Part shown: positions 47,176-57,408 of the stretch, piece after piece | How positions within the stretch are numbered: the first letter of the stretch is position 1 | Layout: every line of letters begins with the position of its first letter | Virus record (IMG/VR): IMGVR_UViG_3300042878_001709 | Coordinates: 1 to 64,000 of that record | Reading direction: 5' to 3' (one strand) | Source of the DNA: an uncultured virus (IMG/VR IMGVR_UViG_3300042878_001709) | Lineage: Duplodnaviria > Heunggongvirae > Uroviricota > Caudoviricetes | DNA length: 64,000 bases | Made by a program: the position numbers and the translations under genes | Notes under the pieces: model-generated | Told to the model about the DNA's origin: nothing | The model's database searches: none | What the model saw: only the letters and a program-made list of their open reading frames with translations

Positions 47176-47571
47176 ATGAAAATCAAAAAAAATGGTAAGG
47201 TTATAGAACTTTCTAATAGTGAATTAAAAAGAATAGTCGAAAATACTGAAAACACTAATGAAGGTTTAATATCATCAATTAAGGGTATCGGTGGTATGTT
47301 TAAAGGAACAGGATATAATTATACTAAATATGTATACGAATTGACAGGATCGATTAAAGACTTAAATGAGGAGTTGGAGGAAACAATGGGTGAACTAGAA
47401 AAGATAATGGACAAATCTAATAGATCTAATATGAGTAATGTCTCTTTTGATAGATTATCTAAACATATTGCGGACGCATTAGAAGCTTATCAAATGGCAA
47501 TTGACACAAATGAAATAATAGTAGAAGATTTAGAAAATTCTATAACTTCTGAAAGAGAGAGAAATAGATAA
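47176..47571 (+). CDS. leader-tagged helical protein
   Basis: MKIKKNGKVIELSNSELKRIVE. Confidence 0.65.
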   Translation: MKIKKNGKVIELSNSELKRIVENTENTNEGLISSIKGIGGMFKGTGYNYTKYVYELTGSIKDLNEELEETMGELEKIMDKSNRSNMSNVSFDRLSKHIADALEAYQMAIDTNEIIVEDLENSITSERERNR

Positions 47572-47573
47572 CA

Positions 47574-47843
47574 TTATTCTATAATTTCATAATAAAAATA
47601 GATATCATTACCGTCAACCCCCACATAAAGTTGACGGTATTTTTTTTTAGATAACTCTTCTTTTCTGGTTACATCTCCCACTTTATATCTAATTATTTTC
47701 CCACTAACACCTTTAACCTTCTCCCATTTTACTTTACTGTCATTAGAAACACTTTTAATGATGGTTTTTTTCTCTTCCACAACCTCTCTTTTTTTGAAGT
47801 CATCGTTTTTGATGGTTTCAGTTTTCACTTTTTTTCTTTCCAT
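47574..47843 (-). CDS. basic hypothetical protein
   Basis: TATATTTG on minus strand 47848-47855. Confidence 0.6.
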   Translation of the reverse strand: MERKKVKTETIKNDDFKKREVVEEKKTIIKSVSNDSKVKWEKVKGVSGKIIRYKVGDVTRKEELSKKKYRQLYVGVDGNDIYFYYEIIE

Positions 47844-47902
47844 TCTACAAATATAGAAATATTTTATTATAATTTAAGTATATTTATATAAAAATAATAA
47901 GA

Positions 47903-50064
47903 ATGAATTTCAAAATAAAGAAGATATTAAATGAATTTGCTCAAGAAGGTATTATAAAGAGAATTTATAATATGATTAAGGATGATTTTTTTTTGGAGAA
48001 CGGAAAAGTAAGAACAACTATTATTGATTTAGACGGTAAACCAATAATTCCAGATAGTAGAAGTGGTTTATATATTCAACTAGCTAAAAAAAATACATTT
48101 GCAGAAAGAATTGTAGAACATATACAACATTCTTTTGGGTTGTCCGCTACTGACGCTGAGAAAGTTTATGATTTAGTCTCATTTAATCTGAAAAAAGATA
48201 ATTTTATTGACTATATACCTGAAACAGTATATGAAGATTTTTTTTCATATAGTGATCAACCTTTTATTATTGACATGACTAAACATAGTGGAGAAATACA
48301 AAGAAAATTAGATATAAGGAAAGTTGGGGATTTTATGGAATTCATAAAATGGTATGGGTTATATAGTTATGACGCACATGATGATACAAAATTAAGTTTT
48401 GAGGGTCATTTAACTGATGAAGATTATCTATATATGCAAGATGGATTAATAGAAAAAATAGAATATAATGAAGGGTACAATTAGAAAAATATTATTAGAG
48501 TTTGGTGATGACTCTACGGATGAGGACATTGATAAATTTGGGGAATTATTTCCTGAAAATGTTTATAATAGATTATTTAAGATATTTGATTCTGATCCAG
48601 AAAAATTTATGAGATATACCCTAAAAGATTTATCCCTAAATTCAACGGAGAAAGAATTTAATATCATTTATAAATATTTAACTGAATATAAGAATAGGAC
48701 ACCTTACTATATACCTGTTATATTTACCGCAAATGATATTATGGGTTATTTTAATGACGGTGAGTATGGTATACAAACAATTGTGAAAAATTTTTTAGGA
48801 GGGGATTGGGATTATGGGTATGACTATGAATGTTTTGATGTTGATGATTGGTTGATAGATAAAATTGATCAAAATAATATGAAAATATTAAAAGAAAAAT
48901 ATTTAGAGAATTTAGATGGGGAAGAAAACGAAGAAGATTTTAAAGAGTTTATAGAATCAGAGTATGGTAGTGATATTGGTTGTGCCGCAGGAGACGCTCA
49001 ACACAGTGCAGATATCAACTCATTACATTCAGATATCTTAGATGAGATAAATGATTATTTGAGTAGATTTAACGGTAAACTAACAAATAAAGTAGATAAT
49101 CAAGGTAAAGTGTTTGATGAATTACAATATGAAGGTGTAATAGAGTTAGGTGAATTAACAGATAATTCATATTTTGATGAAGTTTTAATAGATGAACTAG
49201 AATCAAGTTACCCATCACCCGAGGAAATTTTATGGAAGATCGCAGAACAAGAGAATTATTATGGTGGTGCAGATAACCCAATATTACCAGATGAAAAAAT
49301 AAGAATAAATGAAGATAGACATTTCAGATATGGTGGGAATGGAGACATAGACTGGGATCAGTTTAACGAAACTTTACTTGATAAATTGTCTTACTGAATA
49401 AAATAAGTGATATTTATATTATATGAGAACTAAAGATAAAAGAATTAATATAGGGAAGGTAAATCTATTAATGGAGATGAGAGATAGATTACTAAATGAA
49501 ACACCACCTTGGCACTCAGGAATGTCAGATCCAGTTATTGCGTCAAAGGCACAACACGGTTATTTAGAAGGTGGATCACCTGAACTAGTAGGTAAAGAAA
49601 TATGGTTTCACACTAACAGACATAATATTAAACATAATAAAAATGGTGCCTTTGGTGTTTATGGTAGGACCAAAACAGGAAGAAAAAACCAAACTGCAGG
49701 AATTATTGGGTATACTAATGACATTCTTTTGGGTGGGGATATTAATTTTGATATTAGTATGGGGTACCATAAAATTATGAGAACTACTAGAGATGAAGGT
49801 GAAATGTCATCTAGAGAGCAAGTAGTTGGTGTTGGTGGTATAGTGCAGGAATTACCAAATGATCCGATTACATTAAAAGGTATGGCGGAAGAAATAAAAT
49901 ACAATCCGTTTGTTTCAGATTATTTTCATACTTCCGATGGACAAAATAAAGTATTAGGGGCAGAATTTGTTTATGCAGAATATCGTCCAGATGGTAGTTA
50001 CTCGTTACACGCAATTAATCCTATTTTAGAACCATTTAAAATGGGTGAATATAATCCTATTTAA
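47903..50064 (+). other. three leader-tagged hypothetical CDS (47903-48484, 48468-49397, 49423-50064)
   Basis: MNFKIKKILNE; MKGTIRKILLE; ...RDRLLNE. Confidence 0.65.
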
Positions 50065-50065
50065 T

Positions 50066-50524
50066 ATGAAAAGAAAATCGTATATTGATAGAATATTGAA
50101 TTTTTTAAACAATGATTATAATAAAGAAACTATTTTCAGTTTTGATTTATTTTCTGATATTGAAAAGGTTATAAAATATAATATTGACGATGATTTAGTA
50201 TCTAATTACGGTATAGAAAAAGGGAGTGATGAATACTCATACTTAATAGAATCTTGGATTAGAAAAAATTATGGTAATGGTAATGAGGCATTATTTGGTG
50301 ATACTGTCGTTCTTATAGAAATGCCAGATGATCCTGATCCTATAGAAAAAGGTACTAAAGGTAAAATTATTGATATAAATTCACTATTGATGTTCAAAGA
50401 AGATCATTTAATTGTACATTGGGAAAACGGTAGAAAACTAAATTTGATAAGGGGTATTGATAAATACGATGTTATTCAAAACGAGAATAATAAGTATTTA
50501 AATTTAAAAATTAAAGGATTCTAA
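50066..50524 (+). CDS. protein with DUF4314-like C-terminal domain
   Basis: GDTVVLIEMPDDPDPIEKGTKG...VHWENGRKLNLI.GID; start moved to ATG 50066. Confidence 0.6.
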   Translation: MKRKSYIDRILNFLNNDYNKETIFSFDLFSDIEKVIKYNIDDDLVSNYGIEKGSDEYSYLIESWIRKNYGNGNEALFGDTVVLIEMPDDPDPIEKGTKGKIIDINSLLMFKEDHLIVHWENGRKLNLIRGIDKYDVIQNENNKYLNLKIKGF

Positions 50525-50525
50525 T

Positions 50526-51521
50526 ATGAAAAGAATAATTAGACATATATTAAAAGAAGAAACAAAAAACCAAAATATCGAAAGGTTTTTAGATTATATA
50601 GTTAATAATTTTTTAGATAGTTTAGTCTTAAAAGACGACATTCCAGAAGGATCTTTTGATTCTATTAGTGAAATGTTGGATTTAAGTATATTAACTGATG
50701 AATATGATCAATTAATAACTAATCCCGAACTATTTGGTAAATACGGATGGGTTCACATATATGATGAGGAAGAAGGTGAAGATTATTATTATCATAAAGA
50801 TAATGGTAATAACCCAGAAAATTATCTTAGTAGTGATGAGTGGCATTATGAAGTAGGTTATGATTGGTTAGGTGATATGGTTGATACGGGTGATTTAGGG
50901 TGGGATGACGAAAGGGAGTTTTGGTTTTTAACTCATCCAGACATACTAGTTAAAACTAAAGATAATAAATTTTCATTTCCTTTATATTGGAGTCCATTTA
51001 AAAGGAAATATGAGGCACCATACATAAACAACCCCAATAATAGAATTCATATAATGAGGTTTATTGAGAGTTATGGTGTAGAAAGTAGTAACCATATGTA
51101 TGATATTCTTGAGTTAATTCTCGAAAGAATACCTGAGAAGGTAGATAGTCTACTTAAAGAAAATAATTTAATAACCGAAAGTATAATTGACAATTTTATT
51201 GATTTTGGTAAAAACTATTTATCATTACCAGATGATTTTAAAGTAATTTTAACAGATAAAAAAGAGGGTATCGAGACATTAGCGAACTATGATATGGGGG
51301 ATAAAACGATAAAAGTATTATCAAAAAATAGAGCAATACCTGATATAATAAGATCTATCGCACATGAAATGGTACATCACCAACAAAACGATAGGGGGGA
51401 TTTAGAAGGAAAACCTGAAGAGGGTGAAGAAGGTTCCCCTTGGGAAGATGAAGCCAATGCAAAGGCAGGTACTTTAATTAGAAAGTTTGGTAAGGAGAAT
51501 CCTGAAATTTACGATCTATAG
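50526..51521 (+). CDS. leader-tagged two-domain protein, C-terminal HExxH metallopeptidase-like domain after LITES
   Basis: MKRIIRHILKEE; IAHEMVH.QQ...WEDEANA. Confidence 0.65.
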   Translation: MKRIIRHILKEETKNQNIERFLDYIVNNFLDSLVLKDDIPEGSFDSISEMLDLSILTDEYDQLITNPELFGKYGWVHIYDEEEGEDYYYHKDNGNNPENYLSSDEWHYEVGYDWLGDMVDTGDLGWDDEREFWFLTHPDILVKTKDNKFSFPLYWSPFKRKYEAPYINNPNNRIHIMRFIESYGVESSNHMYDILELILERIPEKVDSLLKENNLITESIIDNFIDFGKNYLSLPDDFKVILTDKKEGIETLANYDMGDKTIKVLSKNRAIPDIIRSIAHEMVHHQQNDRGDLEGKPEEGEEGSPWEDEANAKAGTLIRKFGKENPEIYDL

Positions 51522-51910
51522 ATTTTATTACCTATAGAGATATTATTAGTTTTACAGAATCCATCATTTACTTCTAAATTACCATTAGAATTAACTGACG
51601 GACTAATGATAGTTTCGTCATTAGGTAACGCTCTTTTAATTTCTACGATGGTATCGTCATCTATAAAAATCATTTCTATAGGGAATTTAACATTCTTCAT
51701 CCAAAAACCACCACTGACATAATCATAAAAAACTCCACAGTAATCACATAGATTATCTCTATACATTAACCCAGTTGACTTTTCTTCCTCACTTTTAGGT
51801 AATTCACAATCTACCTTAATTCTATCCCTTAAATCGTTCTCTATCTCTATCACCATTTGATTTGGGAATGGTACTGATACATCTTCTAATATTAAATCCA
51901 ATAATTTCAT
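51509..51910 (-). CDS. DUF192-like protein with short leader
   Basis: GLMYR, FWMKNVKFPIEMIFI, LEVN.G; start MKLLDLILE behind ATATTTAT. Confidence 0.75.
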   Translation of the reverse strand: MKLLDLILEDVSVPFPNQMVIEIENDLRDRIKVDCELPKSEEEKSTGLMYRDNLCDYCGVFYDYVSGGFWMKNVKFPIEMIFIDDDTIVEIKRALPNDETIISPSVNSNGNLEVNDGFCKTNNISIGNKIYRS

Positions 51911-52137
51911 ATTAATAAATATTTGACATTTCAATAAAAAATATTTATCATTAGATATAAATTAATGATATTATGCCAAAGAGTAAACACAGAAAAAATC
52001 AAAAACAAAAAGCTAACGCTAGAACTCAAAGAATTAAAACAGAACAAAATTTTATTCAGAAAAAATTTAAAGAATACTTTACACAGGAGATGGATAAATT
52101 AAAGGATAGGGATTTAGAGATAAGTGAGGTAGAAAAC

Positions 52138-52157
52138 CCCGATGAATAGTCATCGGG
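52138..52157. terminator. hairpin between convergent genes
   Basis: CCCGATGA/TCATCGGG. Confidence 0.65.
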
Positions 52158-52158
52158 T

Positions 52159-52656
52159 TTATTTTTTTGGATAAAAATATACATCTCCACAAACACTAAC
52201 ATCTGACATATTTATTGATTCAAAATACTCCGTATATTTAAAAATATGATTATTCAAATCAACAAATATACTAACGGACTTATCATCTTCTTTAATTTTA
52301 AAAACTAATACATTATTTTTAACACTTACCTTTGAGAAATTGAGTGTATAAACCATATTCCTGTTTTGTACTACGGTGATTTTTTTATTTTTAATATCAA
52401 AGAAGTAATAATACTGATCGTTAGTCTCACCTGAATTCATATACATGTCCAAACCACACAGAGATTTTTTGATATTAACTTTTTCCTTATATACATAATA
52501 ACTTGGTTGACTAAATGACATTGCAAAACCTTGTTTTTTTGCTTCATTAATATCAATTGTTTCATCTGCAATCGGCCATTCAAAAAGAGACTTTTTTTGC
52601 GAATAACTTACAAATGTTAAAGTTAAAGAAGATAGTAAAATTAAAATAGTTTTCAT
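52159..52656 (-). CDS. secreted hypothetical protein
   Basis: MKTILILLSSLTLTFVSYSQ signal peptide; TATATTTG on minus strand 52675-52682. Confidence 0.65.
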   Translation of the reverse strand: MKTILILLSSLTLTFVSYSQKKSLFEWPIADETIDINEAKKQGFAMSFSQPSYYVYKEKVNIKKSLCGLDMYMNSGETNDQYYYFFDIKNKKITVVQNRNMVYTLNFSKVSVKNNVLVFKIKEDDKSVSIFVDLNNHIFKYTEYFESINMSDVSVCGDVYFYPKK

Positions 52657-52745
52657 TTTGTTTGTTTTATAATACAAATATAATAAAAAATATTTAATAT
52701 CAAAATATTTTAAGTAAAAAAATGATATTTATTTAGAAATATAAT

Positions 52746-54248
52746 ATGAAAATTATAATTAAAGAGAGTCAGTTGAAGAGGTTGATGAATGAGATAGGTG
52801 GGTATGACGATACAGAACTTATGAGTCAACATGCTGGTGAGATACAATCTAAGTTATTAATTATATTTACTGAAACTACTAATATATTAGCCAATTTTTT
52901 AAATGAAGCAAGAGAAGGTAACCTTAGTAAAGAAAATTATTTAGCGTTTACTCAAAATATGTCATATAAAGTAGAAAACGACTTACATATAATAGATACA
53001 TTAATTGATGAGATATACATTGATGTTGATTACAAAGAATCAATTCTAAACTATAGAAAAGCTTTACAAATGTTCCAAAATAAGTTAAGATTAATATATA
53101 ATGATGGTTTAGGTTTAGGATTAGATATGACTAAAAATGAATTATCTCAAATAATAATAGAAGAAATAGATAAGTTGAGTACTTTAATGGAACCATTAGC
53201 TATTTTATTCCAACAAATTCATAGAAGGTTTAGAAACAGACTAGGATTTAATTAAATAATAAAGTTTTAAAAATTAAAATTATGCATAACGATCAAAAAG
53301 CACAAATGTATCACACCCTATTACTAACTCACGATAAATTAGATGGGCAAATTGCGGATATCAAATCAGAAGCCGCAGGAATGGAATTAAATAAAGAGCA
53401 AAAAAGTAAATTATCTCTATTAGAAGCTCAGAAATTGGATGTAGTCGAGAAGGCTAAGAAACTTTTTAATGTTTAATGATAGAAAAAATATCAAACTTAT
53501 ACTAAAAGAAGAAGAAAAAAGATATCTTCACGATAGAGGTGCGAAAGCAATACTACAATTAAGACATAATACCGTTTATAACTACGCTTTAGAGAGATAT
53601 GGTTATGAATGGATGGAAGAAAATAAATGGCCTGGGTCTTTCGATGAGTATATAAATCGAATAAAAAATGATTTCCCCAGTCAAGACGGTACAATGGAGT
53701 TATCTAGAATTTGTAACTCTAGTGATAACCCATTAGCAGAGGGTATCGGTGAGGATTATTGTCTTAGAATTGTTTCTAATTATATATTAAATTATGGGAC
53801 AGAAAAGAAAGTCTATTACGATGTAATTAATGTAGATGATATCGGTATATTTTTAGAAGATAATTTTTTTACTTGTAATGAACAATTTTTTGAATTTGTT
53901 TGGGATAATGTCCTTAATGAACGAAATAGATGGGGTATAATAACCAAAGAAAGTATGTGGGATGAAATTCTACCTGAAGTAGAAGAAAAAATGGAAGATG
54001 AGTCGTTTATTGAGGATAATATGGTTGAATTTGAATCCTTAGATAGAGAAAAATCATATTTTCTTAGTTATTGGCACTATCCATTACAAAGTTTAGGTTG
54101 GACAAAAGAATCTTTATGTGAATGGTATGTTGATACCATAGGTAAAAGTAAATTATATGATATACTAAAAAATGAAAAACTGTCTGATTTTGCAAAGATT
54201 TTTGGTAGGAATAATTATTACATTTTTAAGAAAGATTTATTTTATTAA
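52746..54248 (+). other. three hypothetical CDS (52746-53255, 53282-53476, 53469-54248), first and last leader-tagged
   Basis: MKIIIKESQLKRLMNE; ...NIKLILKEE. Confidence 0.65.
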
Positions 54249-54644
54249 CCTTTTTATTTTACGTAAGGACTTCAATGAGTCACTTGTGATAGTAGATCCT
54301 TTCCTAATGTTCTCCTCAAAAGGGATAAAACGTAGGTTTTTGATGTTACCTATCTTTTCAGGTGATATATTTTCTTTAAACCCCATAGAAATTGGGTAAA
54401 TGTGATCCAAATGATAACTTTTCCACCCTCTTTTATCAGAATTCTCTAAAATATATAGTGGCTGACTCTCAGTTACCTCCCAAACCATCGCATAATACAA
54501 TTTTTTGTCTAAATCTTTAAGATTTTTGATTTTTTGCTTGATTTTTGGGTATTTTTTACAAATAATTTTAATTTCTTTTTTTATTTTTTCAGAAATATTG
54601 TCTTTATTTATAATTTTTTTCTTAATTTTGAGGGGTCTATTCAT
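54237..54644 (-). CDS. small HNH-like protein
   Basis: YHLDHIYP...NLRFI...EN.RKG. Confidence 0.6.
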   Translation of the reverse strand: MNRPLKIKKKIINKDNISEKIKKEIKIICKKYPKIKQKIKNLKDLDKKLYYAMVWEVTESQPLYILENSDKRGWKSYHLDHIYPISMGFKENISPEKIGNIKNLRFIPFEENIRKGSTITSDSLKSLRKIKRLIK

Positions 54645-54687
54645 AAAAGATAGTATATTGTTATATTTATATAATAAATAGTTAGAA

Positions 54688-55542
54688 ATGCGTATAATTA
54701 TAACGGAAGCACAACTTAAGAGAGTGTTATTAAATGAAACTAAACAAGAGGTTATAACTGATGAATACCTAAATAAGGCAGTTAGTATAGTTAAAAAACT
54801 TAATTCTAGAGGATTTAATGCGGATCAATCTTGTGCAATAGCAGGTAATATGTGGGCAGAATCCCAATTTGACGCTACAATAGAGAGCTCTAATGGTGCA
54901 ATAGGATTAATACAGTGGTTAGGTGATAGAAAAAAGGCATTAATTAACTTTGCAACACATAAAGAATCTAAATGGTCAAATGAGAATACACAATTAGATT
55001 TCATAAAACTAGAATTAGTGGATGGGTATAAATTAAGTAATGGTAAACATATGCCTAATTTACCTAAAGATATAAAATCTTCCGATGAATATGAAGTTAA
55101 TAACTTCAATTCGGCAATGAAAGCGGACACAATACCAAAAAAGGCAGTTAAATTTGCGGAATTAGTAGAAAGATGTGGTGGTTGTGGAGGTACTATTGAT
55201 ATAAGGAAGTTATCAGCGAAAAGAATTCACGATTATATTGCAGGTAGTTATGTACCTACAAATAAAAAAGAAACTAAACCAGTAGAGAAAAAACAAAGTA
55301 GTGGTTCTAATAAAGTAGGTACCGTAGTATACCCTAAAAAAAGTGGTGATGGTTATGTAAACGTTAGAGCAAAAGGTAATAGAGATAGTGAGAGAATAGT
55401 TAAGATATCTACTCCCAGTAAAGTTGGTAAGGTTACCGAAGAAAAAACTGATGGTGAAGGGAAAAAATGGTATAAGGTTACTTTGGATAAAAAAGTAGGT
55501 GATTATGCGAGCGGATGGGTAAGATCCGATATGGTAGAATAA
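54688..55542 (+). CDS. leader-tagged phage tail-type lysozyme plus SH3b-like domain
   Basis: AIAGNMWAES..GAIGLIQW.GDR..QLDF; YVNVR...WYKV...GWV. Confidence 0.8.
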   Translation: MRIIITEAQLKRVLLNETKQEVITDEYLNKAVSIVKKLNSRGFNADQSCAIAGNMWAESQFDATIESSNGAIGLIQWLGDRKKALINFATHKESKWSNENTQLDFIKLELVDGYKLSNGKHMPNLPKDIKSSDEYEVNNFNSAMKADTIPKKAVKFAELVERCGGCGGTIDIRKLSAKRIHDYIAGSYVPTNKKETKPVEKKQSSGSNKVGTVVYPKKSGDGYVNVRAKGNRDSERIVKISTPSKVGKVTEEKTDGEGKKWYKVTLDKKVGDYASGWVRSDMVE

Positions 55543-55584
55543 TTTTTTAAAAAAATCTAATATTTATTAATAAATAAAATTTTT

Positions 55585-57213
55585 ATGAAAATAATAATTA
55601 AAGAAAGTCAATATAGAGTTCTATTAAGAGAAGATAGAGTTCAATTTTTGAAAACACAAAATGTTATCGACCCTAAGATGTTGGATGCATCGGTAGAGGG
55701 GTCTGACGAAAAGGATGATGTTAGAAAACCAGGTGGTATGGACCCTAACAAACCTACAATAGAGCCGATTGAGGATCATAATGGTATTGATATTGCATAC
55801 TTAGTAAAAAGTAAAAAAGGAAAACAATCAGTTAAATTAAGTGAAGAAATTTTTAACGATATCGTAGCTGCGGATCCATCACCAAACAAACAATATGTTC
55901 AATGGATGATTCAAGTATTTATGAGACATATTAATGAGGGAGATAATGAACAAGCAATTAGATTTTTAAGTGAAGATTTACCTGAGGCTAATGAATTTTT
56001 AACTGTATTTGATTCAGTTAAAAATAAAAAAGTATTTAAAAGATCGGCACCTAATAGACCTAACGCACCACAAGACGTTACAAATATCAACCAATATAAT
56101 GATTTATCTCATTTATATTCGGTAGTGAGCCCATTTATAGGTGCAGAAGACGATGAGGAAGGTGGAGAAGGCGAAAGTAAATTATGGAAAAAATTAAAAA
56201 AATATGTTGACTTAGGTGAAGCTAAATTAGCATATAGAGATAATGATGTTTTAATCTATACACCGTTAACAATAGAATCTAGTTGTGACCCTTTAGGTCC
56301 ACTAGCATCTTGGTGTACTAGAAGGGAAGGTAATAGTTATTTCGATTCTTATAGAAGAAATAACCCAAAACCTGATGGTAGTTTATCTGATTACTATGTG
56401 ATAATGCCAAAAAAATTATTTGATGGGGATGATGAGGGTGGTTTATATCCACTACAATTTCATTTTGAGTCTAACCAAATACATGATAAAGGTAATTCTT
56501 CTATCGAAAGATCAGGAAAATTAACACAAGTACTTGATAGATTTTCAGGAATGAAAACATTCTTCCAAAAGGAACTAGGTAAACTAGTTGAGATGGACAT
56601 TAGAAAGGGTACTGGTTTAATGGATAGTCATTATATTAAGTATTTAAATATGTTTGGTGGAAAAGTTCAGGATCATGTTAGTGGTGAAGCGTATAGTGAA
56701 GGTGTTGTTAACATTAAAAAATTAGCGTCTCAAACAACTGGACCATTACAATCTAACAAATACTTACAATGGTTAATGCAAAATACTGAGGGGGTAGTTA
56801 TTACAGATTATTTAGATACTGAAAATACTAAAGCTTTAGATTTTTCTAATCTATCGTTGAAGAGGTTACCAGATTTATCTAAATTTTCTTCTTTAGAAAG
56901 AATTACCGCTAATAGTTGTGGTTTAGAATCCTTGCCACCAATCAATCATTTACCTATTGATAGTAAATTAAATGTTATCATTGCTAAAGATAATAACATT
57001 AAAGAAGCTCCTCTAACTGGATACGAAAAATTGACAGACTTATTCTTATTGAATTTGTCTAACAACCCAATTAAAAAATTCAATAAAGATATTGCAATAG
57101 AAATGTTTGGTAATGGGTTGGTGATGTTAACTATCGATCAAGATAAATTAGATGGACAGAGTGCAAAAGATTTTTTAGAATTTACGGAAAAAACTAAAGA
57201 TGGTTTACTATAA
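55585..57213 (+). CDS. leader-tagged protein with C-terminal leucine-rich repeats
   Basis: ADPSPNKQYVQWM, SWCT, QFHFESNQ; LDFSNLSLKRLP, LNLSNNPI. Confidence 0.7.
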   Translation: MKIIIKESQYRVLLREDRVQFLKTQNVIDPKMLDASVEGSDEKDDVRKPGGMDPNKPTIEPIEDHNGIDIAYLVKSKKGKQSVKLSEEIFNDIVAADPSPNKQYVQWMIQVFMRHINEGDNEQAIRFLSEDLPEANEFLTVFDSVKNKKVFKRSAPNRPNAPQDVTNINQYNDLSHLYSVVSPFIGAEDDEEGGEGESKLWKKLKKYVDLGEAKLAYRDNDVLIYTPLTIESSCDPLGPLASWCTRREGNSYFDSYRRNNPKPDGSLSDYYVIMPKKLFDGDDEGGLYPLQFHFESNQIHDKGNSSIERSGKLTQVLDRFSGMKTFFQKELGKLVEMDIRKGTGLMDSHYIKYLNMFGGKVQDHVSGEAYSEGVVNIKKLASQTTGPLQSNKYLQWLMQNTEGVVITDYLDTENTKALDFSNLSLKRLPDLSKFSSLERITANSCGLESLPPINHLPIDSKLNVIIAKDNNIKEAPLTGYEKLTDLFLLNLSNNPIKKFNKDIAIEMFGNGLVMLTIDQDKLDGQSAKDFLEFTEKTKDGLL

Positions 57214-57250
57214 TAATAGATTAAATAATATAAAATAAAAAATATATAAA

Positions 57251-57403
57251 ATGGGAAGAAGTAAAAAAACAATTAGATTAACTGAATCAGAAATGGTTAA
57301 TCTTATAGAGACTATTGTTAATGAAGTTAAAAGAGAAAAAATAAATCAAATTTCAGAATCTAGAAAATTTTCAGGAAGAAGAACTAATAGAAGAAGTTAC
57401 TAA
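57251..57403 (+). CDS. 50-aa protein consisting mostly of the leader motif (not in ORF track)
   Basis: MGRSKKTIRLTESEMVNLIETIVNEVKREKINQISESRKFSGRRTNRRSY. Confidence 0.6.
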   Translation: MGRSKKTIRLTESEMVNLIETIVNEVKREKINQISESRKFSGRRTNRRSY

Positions 57404-57408
57404 GATTT

